A stretch of DNA of 64,000 nucleotides, from assembly GCA_002269645.1 (NCBI GenBank), contig NIVC01000620.1, positions 372,001-436,000 on the forward strand. The letters run 5' to 3'. Below the pieces are notes generated by a model. It was not told the origin of the DNA. It searched no databases and saw nothing but the letters and a program-made list of their open reading frames with translations. Source of the stretch: Macrostomum lignano (Eukaryota). Both the position numbers and the translations under genes were made by a program. Of the stretch, positions 1 to 11,154 are shown piece after piece. Each line of letters begins with the position of its first letter. Within the stretch, counting starts at the first letter, position 1.

Positions 1-773
1 AGGGGTGTCCGTGTCTAACAGATAGGGGTGTCCGTGTCTAACAAGTAGGGGTGTCCGTGTCTAACAAGTAGGGGTGTCCGTATCTAACAGACAGGGGTGT
101 CCGTGTCTAACAAGTAGGGGTGTCCGTGTCTAACAGATAGGGGTGTCCGTGTCTAACAGACAGGGGTGTCCGTGTCTAACAGACAGGGGTGTCCGTGTCG
201 AACAGATAGGGGTGTCCGTGTCGAACAAGTAGGGGTGTCCGTGTCTAACAAGTAGGGATGTCCGTGTCTAACAGGTAGGGGTGTCCGTGTCTAACAGGTA
301 GAGGTGTCCGTGTCTAACAGATAGGGGTGTCCGTGTCTAACAGACAGGGGTGTCCGTGTCTAACAGATAGGGGTGTCCGTGTCTAACAGACAGGGGTGTC
401 CGTGTCTAACAAGTAGGGATGTCCGTGTCTAACAGGTAGGGGTGTCCGTGTCTAACAGGTGGGGGTGTTCGTGTCTAACAGATAGGGGTGTCCGTGTCTA
501 ACAGATAGGGGTGTCCGTGTCTAACAGATAGGGGTGTCCGTGTCTAACAGACAGGGGTGTCCGTGTCTAACAGACAGGGGTGTCCGTGTCTAACAAGTAG
601 GGATGTCCGTGTCTAACAGATAGGGGTGTCCGTGTCTAACAGACAGGGGTGTCCGTGTCTAACAGGTAGGGGTGTCCGTGTCTAACAGGTAGGGGTGTCC
701 GTGTCTAACAGATAGGGGTGTCCGTGTCTAACGGGTAGGGGTGTCCGTGTCTAACAGGTAGGTAGGGGTGTCC
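1..773. repeat. 23-bp minisatellite, about 33 copies, probably intronic; runs off the window start
   Basis: Head-to-tail AGGGGTGTCCGTGTCTAACA(GAT/AGT/GAC/GGT) with no unique spacers. Confidence 0.97.
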
Positions 774-855
774 AATTTATGAGTTTGTTCGTCTGGTTAT
801 TCATTTTGGGTGTCCGGTTGTTCAGGTTGGGTGTCCGGTTATTCATGACTAATAA

Positions 856-1515
<660 letters not shown>

Positions 1516-1662
1516 TTGAAAATGAAAGAATATCGCTAGCTTGGTTTTCATGATACTACTGATTGTTATCTTTAGTAGGGGGTCCCCTCTTCAAAAGTAG
1601 AATTATCGTGCAAAAATTGAAAATGAACGATTATTTATGATCTAGTCTATGAATTCATCAGC

Positions 1663-1675
1663 TCAGTTAGTTAGC

Positions 1676-1722
<47 letters not shown>

Positions 1723-2170
1723 CTAGTTAGTCAGTTAGTTAGTCAGTTAGTCAGTTAGTTAGTTAGTCAGTTAGTTAGTTAGTCAGTCAGTCAGTTAGTC
1801 AGTTAGTTAGTCAGTTAGTCAGTTAGTTAGTTAGTCAGTTAGTTAGTTAGTCAGTTAGTTAGTTAGTTAGTCAGTTAGTCAGTTAGTTAGTTAGTTAGTT
1901 AGTCAGTTAGTTAGTTAGTCAGTCAGTCAGTTAGTCAGTTAGTTAGTCAGTTAGTCAGTTAGTTAGTTAGTCAGTTAGTTAGTTAGTCAGTTAGTTAGTC
2001 AGTCAGTTAGTTAGTTAGTCAGTTAGTCAGTTAGTTAGTTAGTCAGTTAGTTAGTTAGTTAGTCAGTTAGTTAGTTAGTTAGTTAGTTAGTCAGTTAGTT
2101 AGTTAGTCAGTTAGTTTGTTAGTCAGTTAGTTAGTTAGTTAGTTAGTTTATTTATTAGCTAGCTAGTCAG
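1663..2170. repeat. (TTAG)n/(TCAG)n tetranucleotide microsatellite
   Basis: About 500 bp of interleaved GTTA/GTCA units. Confidence 0.97.
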
Positions 2171-2650
2171 CAGCGGCTGATTTTTGCACCGTAAGACGGA
2201 TTAACACATCCTGAGGTTTGCACTCTTGTCTCCTTTTACGAGTAGCATAAAAAGAACAAATAACGAATATAATTGTCTGTGGTCAGAAGCCATGAGTCAA
2301 TATTTTTAATTACACACCTTTTTACCTAGAAGTTGCAGTTTTTTAACGCCGTCCAATTTCATTCTCTTACGCTTGAATATATCTGTCGTGCAATTACTTA
2401 ATTCTTCTCTAGTCAGCACAGTGATTTTACTCAACTTATCAGTGCAATGCTCCACTACTTTTTGCTTGCTTATGCTTATAACAGAAAACTGTTTTATCTT
2501 AAGCAGTTGTTACCTTAACGAGACCTATTTTATCTGTTTTATACCGTCCTACTTGTTGAATGCCAACGTTAAATGTCAGACTCATTTTTTTAATTTTTAT
2601 TTAATGATTTAAGCCTTTTAAGGCAACTTAAAGCATTCCTGACCTTCAAA

Positions 2651-2779
2651 ATGGCATCCCTGACACTCAGAATGGCATCCCTGACACTCAGAATTGGCAC
2701 CCCTGACACTCAGAAGTGGCATCCCTGACACTCAGAAGTGGCACCCCTGACACTGAGAAGTGGCACCCCTGACACTCAA
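2651..2779. repeat. 21-22 bp minisatellite, 6 copies
   Basis: TGGCA(T/C)CCCTGACACTCAGAA(G) repeated. Confidence 0.9.
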
Positions 2780-3199
2780 AATTGTTACTAACACCCTAAA
2801 GTGACGTATCCAACATTACCATTTTTGCAACTTTTTAAGCGTTAACAAACGCGCTACTACTTAAAGTAGCTCATAGGTACTCAGTGATTTATATATTCAT
2901 TCAATTTATCAGGACGCACAGCTTAAGTCAAAATTATTTTACTTTGAGGCCCGTCTTTGGAGTTTTTTGTAGAGTCTATTTTATTTTTACTCAACTGTAA
3001 GCTTTTGTAAGTATAGAAATAAATTGGCACAAAATTTTTTATTGCTTTTAAAAACTCGCTAATCCGTCCTGAGCATGCCCTGCTATTAAATTACACAGAG
3101 TGTTCTTTTTATTGACATGCTTATTTTTGAGAGTTATGTCATAACTTTGAGGACAGGAGGACGGACTACAGTAAAACCAGGCAGTAACGTGTACTAAAA

Positions 3200-3520
3200 C
3201 ATGGGGTCGCACTTCTTCACATACTCGTAGTTGCCCTTCAGCTGTACACACATGTGATGCCTCTCTGGCAGACAGCTCCCTGATCCCATCAGCAAAGAGT
3301 TCTGTGAGAATCTCCTGTAGATTGCGGAACTCAGCCTAGACAGACTGCACATCTGCACATCGTTTGCACATCTGTCAGCAGCTTTAGCACCCAGCCAGCA
3401 ATTCGACGCGTGTCCTTCCCCAGCTGCTCCACGAAAATGCGGTGAACGCCCAAGATGTCCTCGAGAACGCCTTCTGTTCCAAAAGCAGCTTGCGAAGAAT
3501 TTTCGACAGCGCTTTCACCT
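3200..3520 (-). pseudogene. Degenerate coding-like exon fragment with frameshifts, product unknown
   Basis: Acceptor-like ...gaagacag, then codon-biased stretches in changing frames: VKALSKILRKLLLEQK, EDILGVHRIFVEQLGK, EFRNLQEILTELFADGI, QLKGNYEYVKKCDPMF. Confidence 0.3.
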
Positions 3521-3620
3521 GTCTTCACAAAAAATAAAATCGAGCTGCGTTTTATAAATGTTTTTCCATAGCGTAAGGTAGCTTACAAAGATGAAGCTAT
3601 GCCTGCTGGAACAATAGAAA

Positions 3621-3728
3621 AGCCACGCTGACGACCTCGCCCTAAAGTTGGACAAGCTGGTTGCTGATGCGGTCAGGCTCTGCGTGCCGGAAAACATCGA
3701 GACTAAAGAAAATAGACTGCAGGATTAA
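3621..3728 (+). mobile_element. Short degenerate non-LTR RT-like fragment
   Basis: SHADDLALKLDKLVADAVRL resembles YADDLALL...LDRLVGVAASVGL of the RT fragment at 38.86 kb. Confidence 0.3.
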
Positions 3729-4335
3729 GTAGAAAAGATAAATGTATTTTGTAGTTGTGTGTTTGTTATCGAATATTACAATACAATTCATAGTAATTTA
3801 TGAAATGTTGCTTAGGCGGTTGCAAGCACAAAATACCACAGAATGATCATTCAGCCACCCTGAAGAAAAAATCTCAATGCGAAATTTTCGATGTGTGCTA
3901 CTCTTCCTGTGAAGCTGTGGGAAAGTAGTATGGAGAAGAATCACCATAGACGATATCACTCGCAAGGGCTTGTGATTTTTGTCTTCGTTTTTTTAATATT
4001 CATACGTCGTAGATCAACGAATATTCTTTTATTCTGAGGCAAAGAGCAGTGCGGTGCTATCATGACAAAATCTCGAGCCCAGTGCGCAGCTTATAGCTGC
4101 AATTCCTATGCCTATAAGTGCCCGCATTTGACGCGATTTCATGCATTTCCTTCTGGAGACAGTGCAAGGTATGCAGTTCAGAGAACACATAGTTGACTCC
4201 TGTGGTAGGAGTTTTCTTTTTTGATTTCAGAATCACTTTAGTGTTCAAACTCTTGCATCTTTCAGGTGCGAAGACTTGGCTCGGCGATTGTTTCAGTCAT
4301 TGCAGGATTTCAAATTCAGTTCTTGTAGATTTTCA

Positions 4336-5655
4336 CGCCCGCCCGAGCAGCGCGGGGGGTGCGGGCGCAGCGCCACGGGGGAGGCGGGTGGATCTCGGGC
4401 CGCCTCGCCCGAAACTCTCGGTGCAGCGGTCTGCGTCTGGGCGCCGGCGTCGGCGAAGTCGGGGCTGACAACTTTGACTGCCGTGCAGTGCCGCCAGCAG
4501 GTCATGTCGTCCCGGCGTAGCAGCAGCGAGTTGCCGGCCACCCGCTGGACTGTCCAGGCACCGCTCTCGAATGGCGTCTGCGTCTTGCTGGCACCGACCC
4601 GCCGTCGAAGCACCGAGTCGCCGACCTGGACGTCGTGCCGCCGTGGTCGCCTTTTTGCGTCCGCGTGCTGCTTCATCGCCGCCTTGGCGCCAGCGTCGGC
4701 TTCTCTCAGCCGTTGCTCGTTGATGCGGACTCGCTGGGACGGCCGGGCGGCAGGGATGATGTCGTTTGGCCGCCGGCCCATCAGCAGCTCGGCTGGTGCG
4801 CGCCCGGTGGCCGCGTGCGGCGTGTTCCTGTAGGCCAGCAGCCACTCGTCCAGAGCGGCCCTCCAGTCCCGCCGCTCCTCGATGGCTGCTCGCACGACTT
4901 TGTTGATGAAGCGGTTCAGTCGCTCTGTCATGCCGTTGGCCGCTGGGTAGTAGTGCGTGATGAGGCGGTGCTTGATCCCGTAGCTCGCCAGGATACCGGC
5001 CGAACTCCTTGGACGAGAAGGGTGGTCCATTATCTGTCACGAGCTCCTGTGGGATCCCGAAGCGGGCGAACATCTCTCTCAGGCGGGGAATCAATGCCTC
5101 GGCCGTCGTCGTCTGCATGAGCTGCACCTCCGGAAACCTTGAGTAGCGGTCCACGCACACCAGCAGCATGTTGTTTTTGATGGGTCCCACAAAATCGGCG
5201 CCGATCGACAGCCAGGCGCCCGCGGGGATCGGCGTCGGCTGCAGAGGCGTGGCCCGGACGGCTGGCGTGTGCGACGTGACGGCGCAGCTGCGGCATCGAC
5301 GGACGAAATCCTCCGCTTGAGTTGCCATCCTCGGCCACCAGACCTTTGTGCAGAGTCTGGCGATCGTCTTCTGCGAGCACTGGTGCCCTTGATGCGCTAA
5401 TTCGAGCATCTGCTGCCGCAGATCAGCTGGCACGACGATTCGGTGGTGTCGAAGGAGGACCCCGTCAACTGCAGACAGCTCCTCTCGCAGCGCGTGGAGT
5501 GAGCGCATCTCGGGGTTGGAGCGATCCCACCGGCCGCCTTGCGTCGCCGCTATCGCCGCCCCGATGACTGGGTCGCTGGCAGAGCTCTTGCGGATGTCTT
5601 GGAGCGTCAGCGTCAGCCACCTCGTTGATGTAGGCCTCCCTCCGCTGCTCGCCAA
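4336..5655 (-). pseudogene. Gypsy integrase split over two frames (ORFs 4333..5655 and 4293..5030)
   Basis: Zinc region AHQGHQ...CRSC; core motifs IGADFVGP, VCVDRYSRFPEV, LVTDNGPPFSSKEF; after a frameshift, HYYPAANGMTERLNR...WLLAYRNTPHAATGRAPAELLMGR. Confidence 0.93.
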
Positions 5656-7660
5656 AACTTCCGTCGTGCTCGCTTAGGGGCTGCCTGCTTAGTACATCTG
5701 CAGCATTGGAGGCTCCCGGCTGATACTCGACCTTGAACACTAGGTGCTGGATCCTCAGCGCCATTCGCTCGACTCGTGGAGGCGGCCGCGACCCAGGCGC
5801 GAACATGGCCGTCAGCGGCTTGTGATCGGAGACCACTGTGAATTCGGGCGATCGATGCAGGTAGTACTCGAACTTCAGGCAGCCGAACTTCACGGCCAGT
5901 GCCTCCTTCTCGGTCTGCGAATATCGCCGCTCGACATCGGAGAGGGTCCCGCTGGCGTATGCAACCGGCCTTGAGCTGCCGTCGCGCTGCACCTGCGCTA
6001 GGATGGCGCCCAGTCCGGTCGGCCCCGCGTCCACGATCAGCTGCGTGTGTAGCCGCTTGTCGTAAAAAGCCAGCGTTGTCGGCTCCGCCACCTTGGCCAG
6101 CTGTAGCGTGAACACGGCGAGGTAGTTCACAAGGCCCAGGAATGAGCGAAGCTGTCCGATCGACTCGGGCTCCTTGAAGTCTTGAACGGCGGCGACCTTG
6201 CTCTCCGTGGCCTGGACCCCTTCCGCCGTAAGCCGCATTCCCATGAACTCGATGCTGCTGCGCGCCAGTCGGCATTTCCGAGCGTTCAGCGTGATGCCGT
6301 GCTGCGCCAGGCGGGCCAGACATGACTCGAGGCTGCTGTTGTGCTCCGCCATCGTGCGGTCAAATACGACCACGTCGTCGTGGATCCATTTGACGTTGGG
6401 CAGGCCTGCCAGCACTCGACTCATCACATTCTGCAGGATCTCCTGGGAGGTGGACAGGCCCATGCACAGCCGGGTGAGACGGCGAAGCCCGCGAGGCGTC
6501 GAGAATGTTAGCAGGTTGCGGCATTTCTCGGCGACAGGCACCTGGTAGAACGCCTTCGCGATGTCCAGCTCTGAGAACACAGTGCTGCCAGCCATGTCCC
6601 CGGTCACCTCCTCGAAAGTCGGAATCTGGTGTCGCTCGCGAATGATAAAGCGGTTGACATCGCGGAGGTCCTGCGTGATGCGCACCTCGCCCGGCTCCTT
6701 CTTGGGCACGACGACCATCCGCGCGACCCACGGCGCCGGACCATCGACGGGCTCAATGATCCCGAGCTGCTCTAACAGCTGCAGTTCCTTGTCCACCGCG
6801 TCTGCCAGGTGGATCGGCACCTTCGAAGGCGCATGGCAGACCGGGCGGGCACTGTCGGTGAGGTGGATGTCGGCAGGCGGCCCGGTGAAGCAGCCGATTC
6901 CGCTGAACACGCTGGTGTGCTTGCGCAGCACCCTGCCGATGTCCTCGACGTGTCCTTGAGGCACTCCGCTCGATCTCGTGCCGCTGAGAAGGCCATCGAC
7001 CGCCGCCTCCGCTTCAGCGACCTGCAGCACCTGCTGTCCGGCTGTCGGTGGTGGCCCGACCCGCAGGATGTCCATCTGAGTGGCCGTCTGCCTGCCGATG
7101 ATGGTGATGCCTCTCCCTTCGACGACGTGAAACGTGGCGACTGCCTGCCGGCCGAAAATGCGGACGTCCATCGCCGCCTTGCCCAGCAGCTGCATCGGCC
7201 GGTCCGACCCGTACGCGAACAGCCTGTCCGAGGTGGTCTGCAGGTGCGGCCGCTGTCTCAGACTCTCGAACGTGGCCCGGTTGATCACATTTCGAGCCGC
7301 GCCGCTTTCGATCAACACCGACAGTCTGGAGCCGTTGATCTCGGCTATTGTGTGGGCCGACTGCTCATTCTGATCGACCTCGAACACGCCTTCTGTGTAG
7401 CTGATCTCGCCTTGCAGCGTTGCGACGGCGTCGGCGCGGCTCTGCGGGGCGCCCTGCTTGGACCTGCAGGCTCGCGCGAAGTGGCCCGGCTTCGCGCACT
7501 TTCTGCAGCTCTTGCCCTGCGCTGTGGTGCACGTGAGGTGCCCTGGCCTGCCGCAGCGATCGCACGATGCGTGCTGCGTTGGTGTCTGCGGCATCTGTGG
7601 CTTCTGGTCTCTTCTGACTGCTACAAGCTGCTGCGGTTTCCGTGGTCTGTCGCTCTCCAT
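5620..7660 (-). pseudogene. Gypsy gag C-terminal zinc knuckles plus protease, RT and RNase H
   Basis: CDRCGRPGH and CRKCAKPGHFARAC; protease LIESGA; RT DLRDVN, FSELDIAKAFYQ, IHDD; RNase H LIVDAGPTGLGAIL, YSQTEKEALA, SDHKPL. Confidence 0.93.
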
Positions 7661-7672
7661 TGCGGTGGCCTG

Positions 7673-8191
7673 CTAGACCGCGGCTTCTTTCGCCCTCGCC
7701 TTTTTGAGCACATCTGCCAGGGAGATATTGTTGGTCTGCAAGAAGTCTCTCCTGAGTCTCTCAGACTCGCGAGAGACTTTTTTGTCACGGATCAGCGAGT
7801 CTCTGAGGGTGCCGAACTCGCACGGCTCTGCCGCCTTGCGCAGACGCTGATACCACTGGTCGATCGGCTCGCCAGGCTGCTGTCTGTAGGTCTCAAACTT
7901 GAAACGCAGGAACACAATGTTATTCTTTCCGTCCCAGAACGTCTGGATGTTTTTTGCGAGGCTGCTGTAGTCCTCTCCAGAGGCGATCTCGTTCTCTTCG
8001 ACAACAGCCTGCAGCTCCTCTCCTGCGGCGTACAGCAGCAGCTGCTGCCCTCGAGTCTTGTCGGTGATTCCAGCTGCATTGATGTACGTGGCGAAGCGAC
8101 GAGTCCATGCAGTCCAGCGCTGTGCTGTGGAGTGGCAGTCGCTATCGATTGTAAACGGCCCGGGTGGCGCGAGTGAAATTTGCTGAGTCAT
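7673..8191 (-). pseudogene. Gypsy gag N-terminal part, ended by a premature TAG in frame with pol
   Basis: W..W..RF..Y, LLLYAAGEE, FLRFKFETYRQQPGEPIDQWYQRLRKAAEPCEFG, LIRD. It is in the same frame as ORF 5465..7660 and separated only by TAG 7673-7675. Confidence 0.9.
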
Positions 8192-8210
8192 GATTTTTAA
8201 AGGTTCAGTT

Positions 8211-8222
8211 CTTGCGACGCCA
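8211..8222 (-). promoter_or_regulatory. Primer-binding site TGGCGTCGCAAG; priming tRNA not assigned
   Basis: Starts with TGG one base after the LTR-terminal CA. Confidence 0.75.
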
Positions 8223-8223
8223 T

Positions 8224-8437
8224 TGTAGTAACTGAGTCAGAGGCCGTGTTTGCTGTGTAGCCAAACTCTTATAAATCTCGCCGCGCTGGGCACGCGTCTA
8301 TATATTATGGAGTTAGAATTGGGGTGGCGGCACCCACCCCACTCCGCAGCCAATCAGACTGCCCGGGCGTACCATACTGTGCGTACGCACACTACACTTT
8401 GCAGTTGTTTTCGCCCCCGTTCCAGTTGCTTACATCA
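8224..8437 (-). repeat. 214-bp LTR
   Basis: Begins TGATGTAA and ends TTACTACA (short terminal IR), contains ATATATAG, and lies between the PPT GGGGCAGGGGGGG (8438-8450) and the PBS. Confidence 0.8.
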
Positions 8438-8565
8438 CCCCCCCTGCCCCACGTTGTCTGGCTTACGCCAGGCAGCCTAAATACAATATAATGAGAATCG
8501 CTGGCGCTGAGCAGGGGACGCGCAGGCTTGCAACTTAAACGAGACCATCAAACAGATTACTTATA

Positions 8566-9185
8566 CTCAGCAACAGTCAAAAGTTCCACCCCACTAAGCG
8601 AGATGATTTTTTTCACTTATTGCGAGTGACGCAACCTACGGCACGCGCAAAGCTTATTGCCGCTTGGGGGTGGCTTGGGTCTGCTTAATGGTCCAGGCCT
8701 GGACATTAAGCAGACCCAAGCCCAGGAACAACGCCCCGACACACCAAGCCGATGCTGGTAGTCTACTGAAGGAACAGCTACAGCTGCGCACTCTGCGCTG
8801 GGCTACCCGGTCCCCAGACATGAATCCCATCGAGCATGTCTGGGACTTCCTAAAACGTAGCATTCGAAAAGAGAATCCACCATAGAATGTTGCGGAGAGC
8901 TCTGCGTCATGCCATTGAAAACGCTTCGGAGCGGCTTCCCCAGGACTTTCTGCACCGCCTCATCATTGGGATGCCCCGCAGAGTCGTCGCACTTCTGCGT
9001 GCGAGGGGATCCCACACGTATCGCGATTCTAACTGAATATTGCATAAATTTATGATTTTCCTACGAGTATTGATAGTCAATCAACTTTCCCTTCCTCGCG
9101 GCGGCTTAGTTGCGTAACTTGAGGGTTGAATTGTGAGTGTAAAGTTTTCGCAATTTGGAGGGTGGAACTTTTGACTGTTGCTGAG
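8566..9185 (+). mobile_element. Internally deleted Tc1/mariner element, 620 bp, with the transposase C-terminal fragment
   Basis: Perfect 26-bp TIRs CTCAGCAACAGTCAAAAGTTCCACCC (8566-8591 and 9160-9185) flanked by TA. Internal NNAPTH...WATRSPDMNPIEHVW and LRHAIEN...LIIGMPRRVVALLRARG. Confidence 0.93.
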
Positions 9186-10460
9186 TATACTACTGAAAAC
9201 TATCCACTTAGCTGGTTACGCCACCTGCTCTCCGCTGAGTCGTTCATACACTGAGTTGATCATCGCCAGTAAGTTCGCGTGTTTGAGTTACTACTTTCGG
9301 AATAGTTCTGGACTTGGGAAGTTTAAGGACGGACTGCCGACGCTTCGTGACGCGACCTCCGCTCAGAATTTAAGTTCAGTCCGGCCAGCGGACTGAAGCG
9401 AACTCGCGCTCGCCCGTTGGGGAGTTCTTTTAGTTCGATCAGACGGCTCGACACGACAGATCTACGACCATTGAGACAAATTTAACTTTGTCTCATTGAG
9501 ACAAAGAGAATCATAATCAGTTATTTCATTTAGCTGGTTTAAATGCATAATAATTTTGCATACAAATATTTACAAATCTTATTGGCTTTAAAAAATTACA
9601 CTATTTTGGCCATGCTTTTTTTAATATTTGTCAAATAATATATTCAGATTGCATACTAAGTAATATATAAATCCTTCCGGCTTTCTAGGGCAGAAAGGAG
9701 GAGAATCCGAGGGCCGCCCTAGATAACCTGCTGGATTTGTATTCCTTCTTGATTTTGCGGGCGGGCCGAGAAACGACATTCTTCGGCTCGCGAGTCAAAC
9801 TGCATTTGCTTCAGTCTAAGTTCAGTGCAAGTCCTGATTCTCGGCCCGCAAGAAAATGGAATTTGTCTATGGCACAAAATGCAAACTGTATTTCATTTTA
9901 GCTCTGAGCCTAAAAGAGCGACTGACAAAGTAATACACTCGTAATTAGTCTAACTTTTTATTAAAACTGAATTTCATTAACTCCTGACCCGAGCGTTCTG
10001 AGAACATGACATCGCCTCCTTCTGACTCCTGTATAGAAGGAGGCGAGATTTCTGGATTGCAGCGCGAAGAAATCGACTTTGTATGCCAACTCCGTGGCCG
10101 TGGGCGAATGTTCAATCAGTACACTGGCTTGCCTGTGCCTGGAATTGGAGTCAGCAAGGCGCTCGACAACGGCCTGTTGGATGATCTTATAAGTGATTTT
10201 CCTATAAGTAAATACCTCTGAACGCCATGTACTGTAAAGACGGCGTGGGTTGCACCACAAGACTATATTAAATCGTTACTGTTGTCCTCTTTGTAATGTA
10301 ACGATATATACCGATTTTTTACGCAATTACGCGCTTACGCAATTGCTGCCGAAAAAAATCGGTACATGTCATTATTGTACCCTTTTGACTTCCCTTGTCT
10401 ATGGCCCAGACATAGTGCGGATGCTGAGTATGAAATGCGATTGTTGCCGGAATGCGCTTT

Positions 10461-10556
10461 GAAAGGGTTGTAGAGATAATCAATCGTCTATGGCAAATTT
10501 AGTTGCTCTCTAAATGAAAGGGTTGTAGAGATAATTAATCGTTTATGGCAAATTTA
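10461..10556. repeat. About 41-bp direct duplication, 55 bp apart, each copy containing a TATGG site
   Basis: TGAAAGGGTTGTAGAGATAAT(C/T)AATCGT(C/T)TATGGCAAATTT occurs twice. Confidence 0.9.
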
Positions 10557-10762
10557 AAGGACAGTGAAGACAGCTAGCCTGGCTGCCATAAGTTTATTCT
10601 CAAGTTGATTTTGAGCTTGAATTAATTCTCCTATTCGGAGTGCAAATAGGAAAAGTAGCTATGATTCGCTACGCAAACATTCCTGGCGGAGAAATATGTG
10701 GACTCTCCACGGACGAGTTGGCTTTTGTCACCTGAGAGTCGAGCACGCGCTACGTTCTGGAG

Positions 10763-11154
10763 ATGGACAACCTGGATGCGTCGTCCAGTTCCAACGGGCT
10801 GCCTGAGCTAGGTAGCGAAGATCTGGAAATGTTGGACCGACTTGAGAGTGACTCAGTGCCGAAATCGACCGAGACGCAACGGAAGCTTCAAGTGGCAAGG
10901 TTCCGACAGTTCCTCAACGAGAAGGGGCTCTGCCAGGAGACATGGACTGTGTGGCCCGAATGAGCGCTTGTCTGGCTGCCTATGGGTCCAAAGTCACCAA
11001 GATTGACGACGATGCGGAATCCACCATCGAAAGTGTGACAACTGGGTCTGATAGAGGCGAGCTGATGAAAGCACCCGAGGGCGGCCAAGACCTGCCGAGA
11101 AGCCTCTGTGGTGGTCAGTTCCACAACTGCACATTCAACTTTTACGGAAAGTAA
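10763..11154 (+). pseudogene. Crypton-like (DUF3504-type) tyrosine recombinase remnant: N-terminus joined to C-terminus, catalytic core deleted
   Basis: SVPKSTETQRKLQVARFRQFLNEKGL resembles the Crypton N-terminal helix motif. The tail GGQFHNCTFNF resembles the F.NCTFNF C-terminus of Crypton-type proteins. Assigned by motif recall only. Confidence 0.6.

Larger units (their letters stand above)
4336..8477 (-). mobile_element. Ty3/Gypsy LTR retrotransposon (K02A2.6/Mag-like), inactivated, single LTR
   Basis: Domain order gag - CCHC knuckles - PR - RT - RNase H - integrase, with one TG..CA LTR, a PBS and a PPT. It carries a nonsense codon, frameshifts and an RT-connection deletion. Confidence 0.95.

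Noticed and set aside
1-773. CRISPR-like appearance of the 23-bp array (also the 35-bp and 21-bp arrays)
   Set aside because: Units are head-to-tail with only 3 variable bases, there are no unique spacers or cas genes, and the context is eukaryotic.
1663-2170. Telomere-like (TTAG)n; also TAACCC in 46230-46540 and TTAGCC in 55437-55617
   Set aside because: None matches TTAGGG, TTAGG or TTAGGC arrays; these are ordinary micro- and minisatellites.
3260-3330. ELFADGI resembling the Bcl-2 BH1 motif
   Set aside because: The diagnostic NWGR is absent and the region is frameshifted.
7673-7675. Programmed gag-pol stop readthrough
   Set aside because: The TAG lies inside gag upstream of the zinc knuckles, so it is a lesion.
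6809-8176. 455-aa plus-strand ORF and other long overlapping ORFs in 4276-8176
   Set aside because: Antisense shadows of the GC-rich Gypsy pol, with no independent motifs.
9470-9510. Short TTGAGACAAA inverted/direct repeat
   Set aside because: Too short and isolated to assign a function.
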